Shown piece by piece: positions 36,966 through 46,023 of a stretch of DNA of 64,000 nucleotides. The stretch comes from Candidatus Lustribacter sp. (GTDB lineage Bacteria; Vulcanimicrobiota; Vulcanimicrobiia; Vulcanimicrobiales; Vulcanimicrobiaceae), in contig OZ255842.1 of assembly GCA_965277805.1 (NCBI GenBank), forward strand, positions 5,344,001 through 5,408,000. The letters run 5' to 3'. The translations under genes and the position numbers were made by a program. The stretch's first letter is position 1; each line of letters starts with the position of its first letter. The notes under the pieces are model-generated. The model did no database searches, was not told where the DNA came from, and saw only the letters and a program-made list of their open reading frames with translations.

Positions 36966-38553
36966 ATGCCCGGAAGAGTTCCGAAAGCACGCCGGCGATC
37001 TCCTCGCCTTTGACCTTTTCGCGATAGGCCGTATTGAGGCGCGTCGCGCCGAAATTGCCGCCGACCGAGATGATGTAGGTGTTGAGGCTCATCCCGACGA
37101 TCCCGATTTCGCCGGTAGCGGGCCGCGCGCAACTGTTCGGGCAGCCGGTCATGCGAATCGTAGGCACGCCGTCGCGCAAGCCGGCCGCCTGCCACGCTTG
37201 GCGGATGCCTTCGAGCAGCGTGGGCAAGAAGCGCTCGGATTCCGCCAGCGCGAGACCGCACGTCGGCAAGGCCGGGCACGCGAGCGCGCGGCGTTCGAAC
37301 TCATCGGCGTTGTTGAGCACGCCGTTGGCCTTCAGGATCGCATCGATCGTCGCGCGCTGACCCGCATCGACGTCGACGATCAAGAGCGACTGGCCCGGCG
37401 TGGCTACGAGGTTGCGGCCCGTTTGCGCGACGATGTCACGCAGTGCGGTCTTCAAACGGACCGTCCCGCGATCCGCAATGCGGCCGCTCAGGATGTCGAG
37501 CGCGTAGAAATACTTGCCGTCCCCTTGCGCGACCCAGCCCTGATACTCGGGCACCGTCCACGCGGGCAACGGGCGCCAGGCGCCGAGCTTGAAGCCGGCC
37601 TGCTGTTCGACCGCTTCGCGGAACCAAGCGATGCCGCGATCTTGGATCGTGTACTTGAGGCGCGCGTGTTTGCGGTTCGTGCGATCGCCGTGGTCGCGCT
37701 GCACGATCACGATCGCTTGCATGACCGGGATCAACTGCTCGGGCGTGACGAACGCGAACTCATCGGCCAAGCGCGGGAAGGTCGCGTGCTTGCCGTGCGT
37801 CATGCCGAGGCCGCCGCCGGCCGTAATGTTGTAGCCTTCGATCGTTCCGTCGGCCGCCGTGAGCACGACCACGCCCGCATCGTTCGTGTAGAGGTCGACC
37901 GAGTTGTCGCCCGGCACGGTGACCGCGATCTTGAACTTGCGCGGCAGATACGTCGGGCCGTAGATCGGCTCTTCGACGGGTTCTTCCGTTTGCGTCGTGT
38001 ACGCGAGTTCGCCGTCGCTCCAGAGCTCGGCGTAGGCTTTCGTGCGCGGCGTGAGCGCGTCGGCAATCGCGAACGCTGCGGCGCGCGCCGCATTGTAGTC
38101 GGGCCGCTGCAGCGGGAAAGGCGTCGCCATGACGTTGCGGTTGACGTCGCCGCACGCGGCCAGCGTCGAGCCGAGATGTTCGTTGATTTGGTGGATGACT
38201 TCGTGCAGGTTGCTCTTGAGCACGCCGTGCAGTTGCAGTGCGCCGCGCGTCGTGATGCGGACCGTGCCGTTACCGTAGAGGTCCGTCAGTTTGTCGACGC
38301 CGAGATAGAAGTCGGCCGGCAGAAAACCACCCGGGCTCTTGGTGCGAATCATGCAGCTGTAGTCGCGACCGGCGCCCGTTTCGCGTGCAGACTTGCGCGC
38401 ATCGCGGTCGTCCTGCTGATAGACGCCGTGGAACTTCAGCAGTTGGATCGCGTCTTCGCTGAAGTGATCGACGGGGGCGGCGAGCTCCTCGGGAATCGAG
38501 CCGCGCAGGCCTAGGCTATTGCGCTTCAGCTCTTCGACACTCAACTTACTCAT
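36895..38553 (-). CDS. Siroheme-[4Fe-4S] sulfite reductase hemoprotein (Sir/CysI-like)
   Basis: LKFHGVYQQDDRD, RITTRG..QLHG, ACGDVNRNV, YLPRKFK, CPALPTCGLA, MTGCPNSC. Confidence 0.92.
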   Translation of the reverse strand: MSKLSVEELKRNSLGLRGSIPEELAAPVDHFSEDAIQLLKFHGVYQQDDRDARKSARETGAGRDYSCMIRTKSPGGFLPADFYLGVDKLTDLYGNGTVRITTRGALQLHGVLKSNLHEVIHQINEHLGSTLAACGDVNRNVMATPFPLQRPDYNAARAAAFAIADALTPRTKAYAELWSDGELAYTTQTEEPVEEPIYGPTYLPRKFKIAVTVPGDNSVDLYTNDAGVVVLTAADGTIEGYNITAGGGLGMTHGKHATFPRLADEFAFVTPEQLIPVMQAIVIVQRDHGDRTNRKHARLKYTIQDRGIAWFREAVEQQAGFKLGAWRPLPAWTVPEYQGWVAQGDGKYFYALDILSGRIADRGTVRLKTALRDIVAQTGRNLVATPGQSLLIVDVDAGQRATIDAILKANGVLNNADEFERRALACPALPTCGLALAESERFLPTLLEGIRQAWQAAGLRDGVPTIRMTGCPNSCARPATGEIGIVGMSLNTYIISVGGNFGATRLNTAYREKVKGEEIAGVLSELFRAYATDRRPGEAFGDFCHRAQPALV

Positions 38554-38610
38554 GCGGGCTCGCCGCCGTCCACGTATTCACAACTTCTCCTAATCCGGCC
38601 ACAAGCCGTA

Positions 38611-38640
38611 ACCCTACCATGCTGGACCGGTCCACGTCAA
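38611..38640 (-). promoter_or_regulatory. Promoter with a perfect 12-bp palindromic operator upstream of the sulfite reductase
   Basis: Minus strand TTGACG (38640-38635), 18 bp spacer, TAGGGT (38616-38611) with an extended-10 TG. TGGACCGGTCCA (38623-38634) lies in the spacer. Confidence 0.65.
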
Positions 38641-38675
38641 ACAAGGGTTCATGCGCGGCCGCGGAAGCGCACCTC

Positions 38676-39443
38676 ATGGATTTGGGACTTACCGGGAAAA
38701 CCGCGCTCATTACGGGCGGCAGCGCCGGCATCGGCCTTGCCTGCGCGACCATGCTTGCCGGCGAGGGAGTGGCCGTCGCCATTGTGGGCCGCGACGCGGC
38801 CCGGCTCGCTGCGGCTGCACCGGCATTGCGGGCGCATACCGTTGCTGCCGACCTGTCCAAGGCTGAGGACGTCCTGCGCACCGCGCGCGAGGCGGAGGCG
38901 GCCCTTGGCCGGATCGACATCTTGATCAACTGCGCGGGCTCGGCCATGGGCGGCGACTTTCTCGACGTCGGGGACCAGGCGTATCTGGATGCCTGGAACC
39001 TCAAGCTGCTCGGCTACATCCGCATGACCCGCGCGGTCGTGCCCGGGATGATCGCGCGGCGTGACGGCCGCATCGTGAACATCGTCGGCGGCGCGGGCCG
39101 CTATCCCAGCGCGTCTTTTCTCACCGGCAGCACCAGCAACGCCGCGCTGTTGAACTTCACCCGCGGGCTCTCGAAAGAACTCGCGCAGTACAACGTGCGG
39201 ATCAACGCGATCTCGCCGGGCTCGACCGAGACCGAGCGCAGCGAACGGCAGCTCAAGTCGCGCGTCGCGCCGGGACAGACACTCGAGGAAGCCCGCGAGG
39301 CCAGGCTTGCCTCGATTCCGCTCAAGCGCATGACGCAGCCCGAAGAGATCGCGTCGATGGCGGTGCTGATCGTGTCCGACCGCATGGCCTCGATGACCGG
39401 CAGCGAGGTCCTGATCGACGGCGGCGTGATGCCGGCGGTTTAG
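38676..39443 (+). CDS. Short-chain dehydrogenase/reductase
   Basis: TGGSAGIG, DILINCAG, VRINAISPG, MTG.EV.IDGG. YxxxK is replaced by GSTSN. Confidence 0.9.
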   Translation: MDLGLTGKTALITGGSAGIGLACATMLAGEGVAVAIVGRDAARLAAAAPALRAHTVAADLSKAEDVLRTAREAEAALGRIDILINCAGSAMGGDFLDVGDQAYLDAWNLKLLGYIRMTRAVVPGMIARRDGRIVNIVGGAGRYPSASFLTGSTSNAALLNFTRGLSKELAQYNVRINAISPGSTETERSERQLKSRVAPGQTLEEAREARLASIPLKRMTQPEEIASMAVLIVSDRMASMTGSEVLIDGGVMPAV

Positions 39444-39452
39444 TTCAGGTTT

Positions 39453-39749
39453 CTAATTCAGGTTGATGTTGTCGACGCTGTGACCGCCGCGAGCGCCGAA
39501 GCGCACGAGCATCGCGTCGGCATGGAACGGGCCGATGCGTTCGAGCGGAATGTGCGGCGGCACCAACGGTCCGCTTTGCGGTAAACGCTCGCGCGCAGCT
39601 TGCACGCAGATCGATGCTGCGGCGACGAGCGCGAGGCCCCCGAAGAGTTCCCACATCGGCGTGGGCCAGGGCGGGGCATGTCCCAGCAGCGAGAGGACGG
39701 CGCGAATCGCCGTGATGACGATCAGGGCTTCGAGGAGCACGAGCTTCAT
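39453..39749 (-). CDS. Hypothetical small membrane protein
   Basis: 98 aa ORF with two hydrophobic segments filling the gap; no recognisable motif or SD. Confidence 0.35.
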   Translation of the reverse strand: MKLVLLEALIVITAIRAVLSLLGHAPPWPTPMWELFGGLALVAAASICVQAARERLPQSGPLVPPHIPLERIGPFHADAMLVRFGARGGHSVDNINLN

Positions 39750-39818
39750 AGCATCAGCCGCCGGGAAAGGGGGTGCCGAGTCTTCATTCTGCCCGGCGCC
39801 CTACTTTCTCTCTACCCA

Positions 39819-40610
39819 TTAGAGTTCTTCGCGCAAACTGCTTTCATGCCAATGGCCTAAGAGCGCGTTGTTGAGCGCGACCATCACGAGGTAGAGCGCG
39901 ACGCCGCTGAGCGCGATCAAAAACAGCGCGGCGAACATGAGGGGAATGTCGAGTTCGAAGCCGGCCTGCAGAATCTGGTAGGCCAGGCCCGCGCTGCGGC
40001 CGCCGGTTCCGGCGACGAATTCGGCCACCACGGCCCCGATCAGCGCGAGGCCACTCGCGATGCGCAAGCCGGCCAAGAAAAACGGCAGTGCGGAGGGGAT
40101 GCGCAAACGCACCAGCGTCTCGAGCCGCGTCGCCTTGTTCATGCGAAAGTAGCTCAGCAAACCGGGATCGACGCTATGCAGTCCGATCGTCGTGTTCGAG
40201 ATCACGGGGAAGATCGCGACGACCGCCGCGCAGATGGTGAGCGACAGCGACGTGTTTTTCACGAGGATGATGATCAGCGGCGCGATCGCAACGACCGGCG
40301 TTACCTGCAGCAGGACGGCATACGGGAAGAAACTCGCCTCGATGATCTTGCTCTGCACGAACACGAATGCGATCAGCGTGCCGAGCACGACCGCGATCGC
40401 GAACGCTTGCAGCGTGATGAGCAGCGTCGTGCCGAGCGCGCGCAGCAGTACCGGCCACTCGCGCACGAGCGCGCCGGCAATCGCGCTCGGCATCGGAAAG
40501 AGGTACGCCGGCACGTGCCAGAAACGGCATGCGCCCTCCCAGAGCGTCAGGATCAGCAAACCGACCACGATGGGAGCGCCGGTGCGAAAGGCGGTGTGCG
40601 GTTCGTTCAC
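39819..40610 (-). CDS. NitT/TauT-family ABC permease
   Basis: WE......VP.YLFP.PS.I, LQVTPVVAIAPL, LRIPSALPFF.AGLRI, GAVVAEF. Confidence 0.9.
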   Translation of the reverse strand: MNEPHTAFRTGAPIVVGLLILTLWEGACRFWHVPAYLFPMPSAIAGALVREWPVLLRALGTTLLITLQAFAIAVVLGTLIAFVFVQSKIIEASFFPYAVLLQVTPVVAIAPLIIILVKNTSLSLTICAAVVAIFPVISNTTIGLHSVDPGLLSYFRMNKATRLETLVRLRIPSALPFFLAGLRIASGLALIGAVVAEFVAGTGGRSAGLAYQILQAGFELDIPLMFAALFLIALSGVALYLVMVALNNALLGHWHESSLREEL

Positions 40611-41374
40611 GCTTCGGCTCCCGCGACCGACGCTTCGTGCAAGATCTTCGAGAGATCGCGTGAGAGCTCGGCGAAGCGCGCGCTGGTACGGAAGTCGTCA
40701 CCGCGCGGCTCGGGTTCGTCAACCCGGAACTCGGCAAACACGCGCCCGGGGTTCGCGGCCATCACGATCACGCGCGTCGAGAGAAAGACCGCTTCGTAAA
40801 GCGAGTGCGTCACGAAGATCGTGGTCAGTTTGCGCTCGAACGATAGCCGCAGCAAATCGTCGTCGAGGCGGTTGCGTGTGAACTCATCGAGCGCACCGAA
40901 CGGCTCGTCCATCAGCAGCAGATCGGGATCGGTCACGAGCGCGCGCGCGATCGAGACGCGCATGCGCATACCGCCGGAGAGCTGGCGCGGATAGTGCCGG
41001 CGGAATCCGGTGAGGTCGACATTGGCAAGGGCCGCATCCACGCGCGACGCCGCCGCCGCTTTGGAAACGCGGGCCAGGTCGAGCGGCAAGCGGACGTTGG
41101 TGTCGACCCGCGACCACGGCATCAGCGTCGGCTCTTGGAACACGAACGCCATTTGGCGCCCGGCCTGGACGGCGAGATCGCCGCTGGTCGGCGCGATCAG
41201 ATTTGCAATCAACTTGAGCAGCGTGCTCTTGCCGCAGCCCGAGGGACCGATCAACGTGACGAACTCGCCCGGCTGGACGCGCAGATCGATCGGCGCGAGG
41301 CCGCGCATGCCGTTGGAGAATACTTTGTCGGCGCCGCGGAGTTCGACCACCGCGGCGCCCGCTTCGCCGGTCAC
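40607..41374 (-). CDS. NitT/TauT-family ABC ATP-binding protein
   Basis: GPSGCGKST, VFQEPTLMPW, LSGGMRMR, LLMDEPFGALD; GTG start overlaps the SBP stop. Confidence 0.92.
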   Translation of the reverse strand: MTGEAGAAVVELRGADKVFSNGMRGLAPIDLRVQPGEFVTLIGPSGCGKSTLLKLIANLIAPTSGDLAVQAGRQMAFVFQEPTLMPWSRVDTNVRLPLDLARVSKAAAASRVDAALANVDLTGFRRHYPRQLSGGMRMRVSIARALVTDPDLLLMDEPFGALDEFTRNRLDDDLLRLSFERKLTTIFVTHSLYEAVFLSTRVIVMAANPGRVFAEFRVDEPEPRGDDFRTSARFAELSRDLSKILHEASVAGAEA

Positions 41375-42375
41375 GCGATGACGTTCAGGCCTTTGACGAA
41401 TTTTGTAGTGTAGGCCGTCTGCCACGGCGTCGCGGCTTTGAGCATGTTCGCGCCGACCATGAAGTCGCGCGTCTTTTTCCAGCGCGCGTCGGTCATGATC
41501 CCGATGCCCTGCGTTGCGGCATCGCCGCCGGTGACGCACTTGATCGCTTTGAAGCGCCCGATGCTGAACGCGATCTGATCGTCGCCTTGTTTGGGGTTCG
41601 CTTCCTTGATCAACGCGTTGCCCGCGGCCGGGTGCGCGAGATAGTCCTTCCAGCCCTGCATCGTCGCTTTCATGAACGCCGCGACGGCTTCGGGATTTTT
41701 CTCCATGTACGCGCGGGTCGTCACGAGGGTCGTGCTGTACGGCGGGTAGCCTTGATCGGCGAAGAGGAAGAATTTCGTCTTCACCCCGTTCTTTTGAGCT
41801 TCGAACGGCTCGGCCGTGATGTAACCCTGCTGCGCCAGCGTCGGATCGACGTAAAACGGTTGCAGGTTGAACGTGTACGTGCCGGCTTGGTCGTCGGTGA
41901 AACCATACTTCAATTTCAGCCACGGCCAGAATGTGGAGAACGCCGTGCTCGCGACGAGGATCTTGCGGCCTTTGAGCGCGGCCAGCGACGGCACGTCGGT
42001 GTGCGCCATGATGCCCTGCAGATCGAATTGATTGACGGCGCCGATCGCGACGGCCGGCACGCCCTTCTCGACGCTGTCGAGCACTTCGATGTCGTAGCTG
42101 ACGATGATGTCGGCATCGCCGCCGGCGAGGAGCTGCACGCCGTTGACTTGCGGCCCGCCCATCTGGATATCGACGTCGAGGCCGGCTTTCTGGTAGAGCC
42201 CGGACGCCTTGGCCTGGTAGAACCCGCCGTGTTCGGCTTCGGCGAACCAGTTGGTCAAGAACCGGATTTTCGTGGCCGCGCGCGCCGGAGGAATCCGGGT
42301 TACGGCGGCCGCCACCGCACTCGCCGTTCCGGCAAGCGCCGCGCGGCGCGAAAAGACCATGTCATTCGTAGGCAT
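41371..42375 (-). CDS. NMT1/ThiY-like ABC substrate-binding protein with a Tat signal
   Basis: FSRRAAL twin-arginine signal; TNWFAEAEHGGFYQA, GGPQVN, QQGYITAEP. Confidence 0.88.
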   Translation of the reverse strand: MPTNDMVFSRRAALAGTASAVAAAVTRIPPARAATKIRFLTNWFAEAEHGGFYQAKASGLYQKAGLDVDIQMGGPQVNGVQLLAGGDADIIVSYDIEVLDSVEKGVPAVAIGAVNQFDLQGIMAHTDVPSLAALKGRKILVASTAFSTFWPWLKLKYGFTDDQAGTYTFNLQPFYVDPTLAQQGYITAEPFEAQKNGVKTKFFLFADQGYPPYSTTLVTTRAYMEKNPEAVAAFMKATMQGWKDYLAHPAAGNALIKEANPKQGDDQIAFSIGRFKAIKCVTGGDAATQGIGIMTDARWKKTRDFMVGANMLKAATPWQTAYTTKFVKGLNVIA

Positions 42376-42434
42376 AAGCGATGGTATGGTCGCAACGCCG
42401 CGACGCCCTATGGACAATCCGCTAGCGGAACGCC

Positions 42435-43670
42435 TCAGTCGTTGGGCGCGGTGAATACCAGGGCTGCGTTGATGCCGCCGAAGCCGGCCGAGGCGCTGAG
42501 CACCACGCGCGGCGCTGCGAGCAGCGGTTCCATGAGCACGCCGACCGCGCAGGCGGGATCGCGCTCGTCGCAATTGACGACGCGCGGAGCGATGCCGCGC
42601 TGGATCGCCAGCAGCGAAAGCGCCGCCTCCCACGCGCCCGTCGCGCCGAGTGCGTGGCCATGCTGGCCTTTGGTTGCGGTTAGCGGCACCTGCGGCGTCC
42701 GATCTCCGAACACGAGTTGCAGCGCGGCCGCCTCGCCGGCATCGCCGAGCGGCGTTCCCGATCCGTGTGCGTTGATCAGGTCGACCTCGCCCGGCGCGAG
42801 GTTCGCTTCGCTCAGCGCGCGCTGCATGGCGAGCGCGTTGAACGTGCCCTCGGGTTGCGGTGCCGACATGTGATACGCGTCGTTGGTCAACCCGTAGCCT
42901 GCGATCTCGCCGTAGATGCGTGCGCCGCGCGCCAGCGCATCGTCGTAGCGCTCGAGCATCAGAATGGCGGCGCCTTCGGCCATCACGAAGCCGTCGCGAT
43001 TGCGGTCGAACGGCCGGCACGCGCCCGCCGGATCGCCGTTGTTCGTGGACATCGCGCGGATGACCGTGAACGCGCCGAACACGAGCGGCGCGAGCGGGGC
43101 CTCGCAGCCGCCCGCGAGCGCGGAGCGGATCTCGCCGCGGGCGATCGCGCGAAACGCCTCGCCGATCGCGACGGCGCCCGAAGCGCACGAGTTGCCGTTG
43201 GCGACATTGGGGCCGCGCACGCCGAATTCCATCGCGACGTTGCACGTGGCCGCTCCGCCGAACACCGAGATCGCGAGAAGCGGACGCACCGCCTCCAGAC
43301 CCGACGCGCGAAAGACGTCATGCTGTTCGTCGGCGTAGGCGAGGCCGCCGAGTGCCGATCCGATGTACACGCCGGTGCCGGTGCCGTCGCCCGTCACGCG
43401 AAAGGCGGCATCGTCGATCGCGAGGCGCGTTGCGGCCAGCGCAAACTGCGAGAAGCGGTCGGTCCAGCGCAGGCGTTTGCCGCCGACGAACGCGGACGCA
43501 TCGAAGTCGTCGATCTCGGCCGCGATCGTCGAGCCGTACCCGGCGGTCGGGAACCGCGTGATCGTGCGCACCGCAACGTGTTCGGCGAGCACGTTGGTCC
43601 AGAACGCCTCGATTCCGATGCCGAGCGGCGTCACAACGCCGAGCCCCGTCACCGCAACGCGGTGTTTCAT
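42435..43670 (-). CDS. Beta-ketoacyl synthase, KAS II/FabF-type
   Basis: Cys-His-His triad (NSCASG, INAHGSGT, GHALGA); DRFSQFAL, RPFD..RDGFV.AEG, GFGG.NA. Confidence 0.92.
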   Translation of the reverse strand: MKHRVAVTGLGVVTPLGIGIEAFWTNVLAEHVAVRTITRFPTAGYGSTIAAEIDDFDASAFVGGKRLRWTDRFSQFALAATRLAIDDAAFRVTGDGTGTGVYIGSALGGLAYADEQHDVFRASGLEAVRPLLAISVFGGAATCNVAMEFGVRGPNVANGNSCASGAVAIGEAFRAIARGEIRSALAGGCEAPLAPLVFGAFTVIRAMSTNNGDPAGACRPFDRNRDGFVMAEGAAILMLERYDDALARGARIYGEIAGYGLTNDAYHMSAPQPEGTFNALAMQRALSEANLAPGEVDLINAHGSGTPLGDAGEAAALQLVFGDRTPQVPLTATKGQHGHALGATGAWEAALSLLAIQRGIAPRVVNCDERDPACAVGVLMEPLLAAPRVVLSASAGFGGINAALVFTAPND

Positions 43671-44119
43671 GCCGCACCCGCTTCGGCGAGTTGCTTCATG
43701 CGCGCGAGCGTTTTGTTCGCCACGCCGTGGATGAAGATATCGCTGACGACGTACTTACCGAAGAAATCGGCCGCGACCGGAAATTGGAACGCGAGCCGGT
43801 GCACGATCTGCACGCGCGTGCTGCCCGCTGCGAGCGGCGTGAAGATCCACTCGACGTCCATGCCGCGCGTCGGTCCCTTGATGTGATGGAACGCGATGTG
43901 CGGCCGCAGCGGATCGTTGGTTTGTTCGGCCGTCCAGCGCAACGGAACGAACCCGTGCCGCGCCGCCATCTCGACCGTCCGTGACGGTCCGCTCTGCGCG
44001 ATCACGCGAACGTAACGATAATGCGGTAAGAGTTCCGGCCAGCGTTCGGTGGCGGAGGCGAGCCGATAGATCGCGGCTGCCGGCGCCGCAATGTCGATCC
44101 GGTTTTCGGTGGTGATCAG
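43667..44119 (-). CDS. SRPBCC/START-fold polyketide cyclase-like protein, probable CTG start
   Basis: The frame extends upstream of the listed ORF as (L)ITTENRIDIAAPAAAIYRLASATERWPELLPHYRYV, then F.H..GPT.GM.VEW.F and A.KTL..MK..AE. Confidence 0.82.
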   Translation of the reverse strand: MITTENRIDIAAPAAAIYRLASATERWPELLPHYRYVRVIAQSGPSRTVEMAARHGFVPLRWTAEQTNDPLRPHIAFHHIKGPTRGMDVEWIFTPLAAGSTRVQIVHRLAFQFPVAADFFGKYVVSDIFIHGVANKTLARMKQLAEAGAA

Positions 44120-45288
44120 AGAACGAGCTTTCCGAGGACTGCCGGCGTGACAGTTTGCGGCGGCCGGACGCCGGCCAGCGCGTCGATCATCGTCGCCGCA
44201 AGTCGCGGGTGACGAGCCAGCTTCTTCGAGGCACGGCGCGCCAGCACCGGTACGTCGATGAGCCAGCCGATCGTCGCGCTCAAACCTTTCCGCGCGGCGA
44301 AGTCGGCCCGCCGTTCGTCGGCATAGCTTGCGAAGGCGCTCGATTCGCGCGCGCCATTGCCGGCGGCGGAAACGATCGCGCGGGCTGCGGCTGCGGCCGA
44401 CGTCAGCGCGAGAAAAACACCTTGGCCGGTAAACGGGTTGAGGAAGCCCGCGGCATCGCCGATCAGCACGGCGCCGTTCGCGATCGGCGCGCGCACGCTA
44501 TGCTCCAGCGGCCCGATCGCCGCGCGCGCGCCGATGCGGTGCGCGTTCGCAAACGAACGGTGTCCGCGTCCGAGTTCGGCCGCTTTCCCGGCTACGCCCT
44601 CATCCACGAATCCGGACCACGTTGCGAGCGCGGTTTTCGGTACGACCACCATCACGTTGGTTGTATTCTGACTCAAAGGGTTGAGGGCGAAATAAGCGCC
44701 CCCACCGACATACATTTCGATGAAGCCGCCGAGATCGCCGAAGCCGGTATAATGTCCGCCCACGGCAAATCGCGGCGAACGCCAGCTGTGCCGCACCAGG
44801 CCGGCCTGCCGCGCGACGATCGATCCGCAGCCGTCGGCGCCCACGGTCCAGCGCGCGCGCATTTCGTACGCGGTACCGTCGTCGTTGCGCACCCGCACGC
44901 CGTCGATGCGTCCGCGATCGCGCAACAGGTTCTCGACCCGGCCGTGGACTACGGTGACGCCGGCATACACGGCCGCACGCAAGAGGATCGCATCGAGCGT
45001 CTCGCGTTCGCACGAGAGCGCGCCGTGGGTAAACGGCAGCTCGACCGCCGGCGCATTCGGCGGAACGATCCGCACGCCGCGCAGCGCGTACGCTTGGGCG
45101 CGCACGTCCTTCAGCACGCCGAGGCGATCGAGTGCGGCGACGGCGCCCGAATTGAGATATTCGCCGCAGATCTTCCGGCGCGGAAACGTCGCGCGCTCGA
45201 CGAGCGTTACGGCGAGCCCGGCGCGCGCGAGCAAGAGCGCGCACGACGAACCCGCTGGTCCGCCTCCGACCACGACGGCGTCAACCAT
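44116..45288 (-). CDS. FAD-dependent oxidoreductase (geranylgeranyl-reductase-like)
   Basis: VVGGGPAG, FPRRKICGEYL, VGADG..S.VAR, IGDAAGFLNPFTGQG. Confidence 0.88.
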   Translation of the reverse strand: MVDAVVVGGGPAGSSCALLLARAGLAVTLVERATFPRRKICGEYLNSGAVAALDRLGVLKDVRAQAYALRGVRIVPPNAPAVELPFTHGALSCERETLDAILLRAAVYAGVTVVHGRVENLLRDRGRIDGVRVRNDDGTAYEMRARWTVGADGCGSIVARQAGLVRHSWRSPRFAVGGHYTGFGDLGGFIEMYVGGGAYFALNPLSQNTTNVMVVVPKTALATWSGFVDEGVAGKAAELGRGHRSFANAHRIGARAAIGPLEHSVRAPIANGAVLIGDAAGFLNPFTGQGVFLALTSAAAAARAIVSAAGNGARESSAFASYADERRADFAARKGLSATIGWLIDVPVLARRASKKLARHPRLAATMIDALAGVRPPQTVTPAVLGKLVL

Positions 45289-45964
45289 GCTGCCCGTCGA
45301 CGAGCGTCATGCGGAAGAAGGCTTCACGCTGCACGCGCGGTGACTGCCAGCCCGCTTCGCGCGCCAACGCGAGTGCTTCGGCGGGCACGTATGCGCGTCG
45401 CACCGAGAGCGGCGCATCGTGCAGCGTGAGGCGGTTGCGCGTCGTGGCGCGCGCGTAGAGCCACGTCGCGGCAAACGCGAGACGCGAGCGCGAGAGATCG
45501 GCGACGATCGGGGTGAGGCGCGCGACGCGGCGCATCTCGCGCAGCAGTTCGCGCGCCGCCGGCGGTTCGAAATGGTGCAGCGCGAGCGTGCATGTGACCA
45601 CGTCGAAGGCGGCGTCGCCGAACGGCAGCCGCTCACCTTGACCGCACACGAACGTCAAGCGTTCGTCGCCGCCGGTGCGCCGCCGCGCGATCGCCAGCAT
45701 CGCTTCGGAGCGATCGAGACACGTCACGCGCACGTCGATCCCGCGCCGCCGGCCGTCGCGCACGAGCGCATACGGCACGTCACCGCTGCCGCTGCCGACG
45801 TCGAGAATCGACCGGGCGCCGGTGCGCCGCACCGCGCGCCGAATCGGTGCGATGCCGCCGAGCCAGCGGTTCGTAAATTCGATGTCGGCGAGGTTCTGCT
45901 CGAGTTCGTCCGGCGCGTCGACCGGCCGGTCCATCAATTCGAGCGCTCCGGCAGCGCGTTTCAC
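45281..45964 (-). CDS. SAM-dependent methyltransferase-domain protein
   Basis: ELMD...L..NLADI...NRWLGG, ILDVGSGSGD, FDVVTCTLALHHF, HDAPLSVRRAY; GTG start. Confidence 0.86.
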   Translation of the reverse strand: MKRAAGALELMDRPVDAPDELEQNLADIEFTNRWLGGIAPIRRAVRRTGARSILDVGSGSGDVPYALVRDGRRRGIDVRVTCLDRSEAMLAIARRRTGGDERLTFVCGQGERLPFGDAAFDVVTCTLALHHFEPPAARELLREMRRVARLTPIVADLSRSRLAFAATWLYARATTRNRLTLHDAPLSVRRAYVPAEALALAREAGWQSPRVQREAFFRMTLVDGQHG

Positions 45965-46023
45965 CGCCGAGTCGTACCCCAGGTTCGGCGGAGGACCTGC
46001 GTGCGTCGGCGTACGTTGCAAGC

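Noticed and set aside
41371-43245. Over-extended ORFs implying fusions (SBP 624 aa, glyQS 571 aa, threonine aldolase 637 aa, ATPase 438 aa)
   Set aside because: The extensions are alternative-frame read-ins from the upstream genes; real starts with overlap geometry or signal peptides lie downstream.
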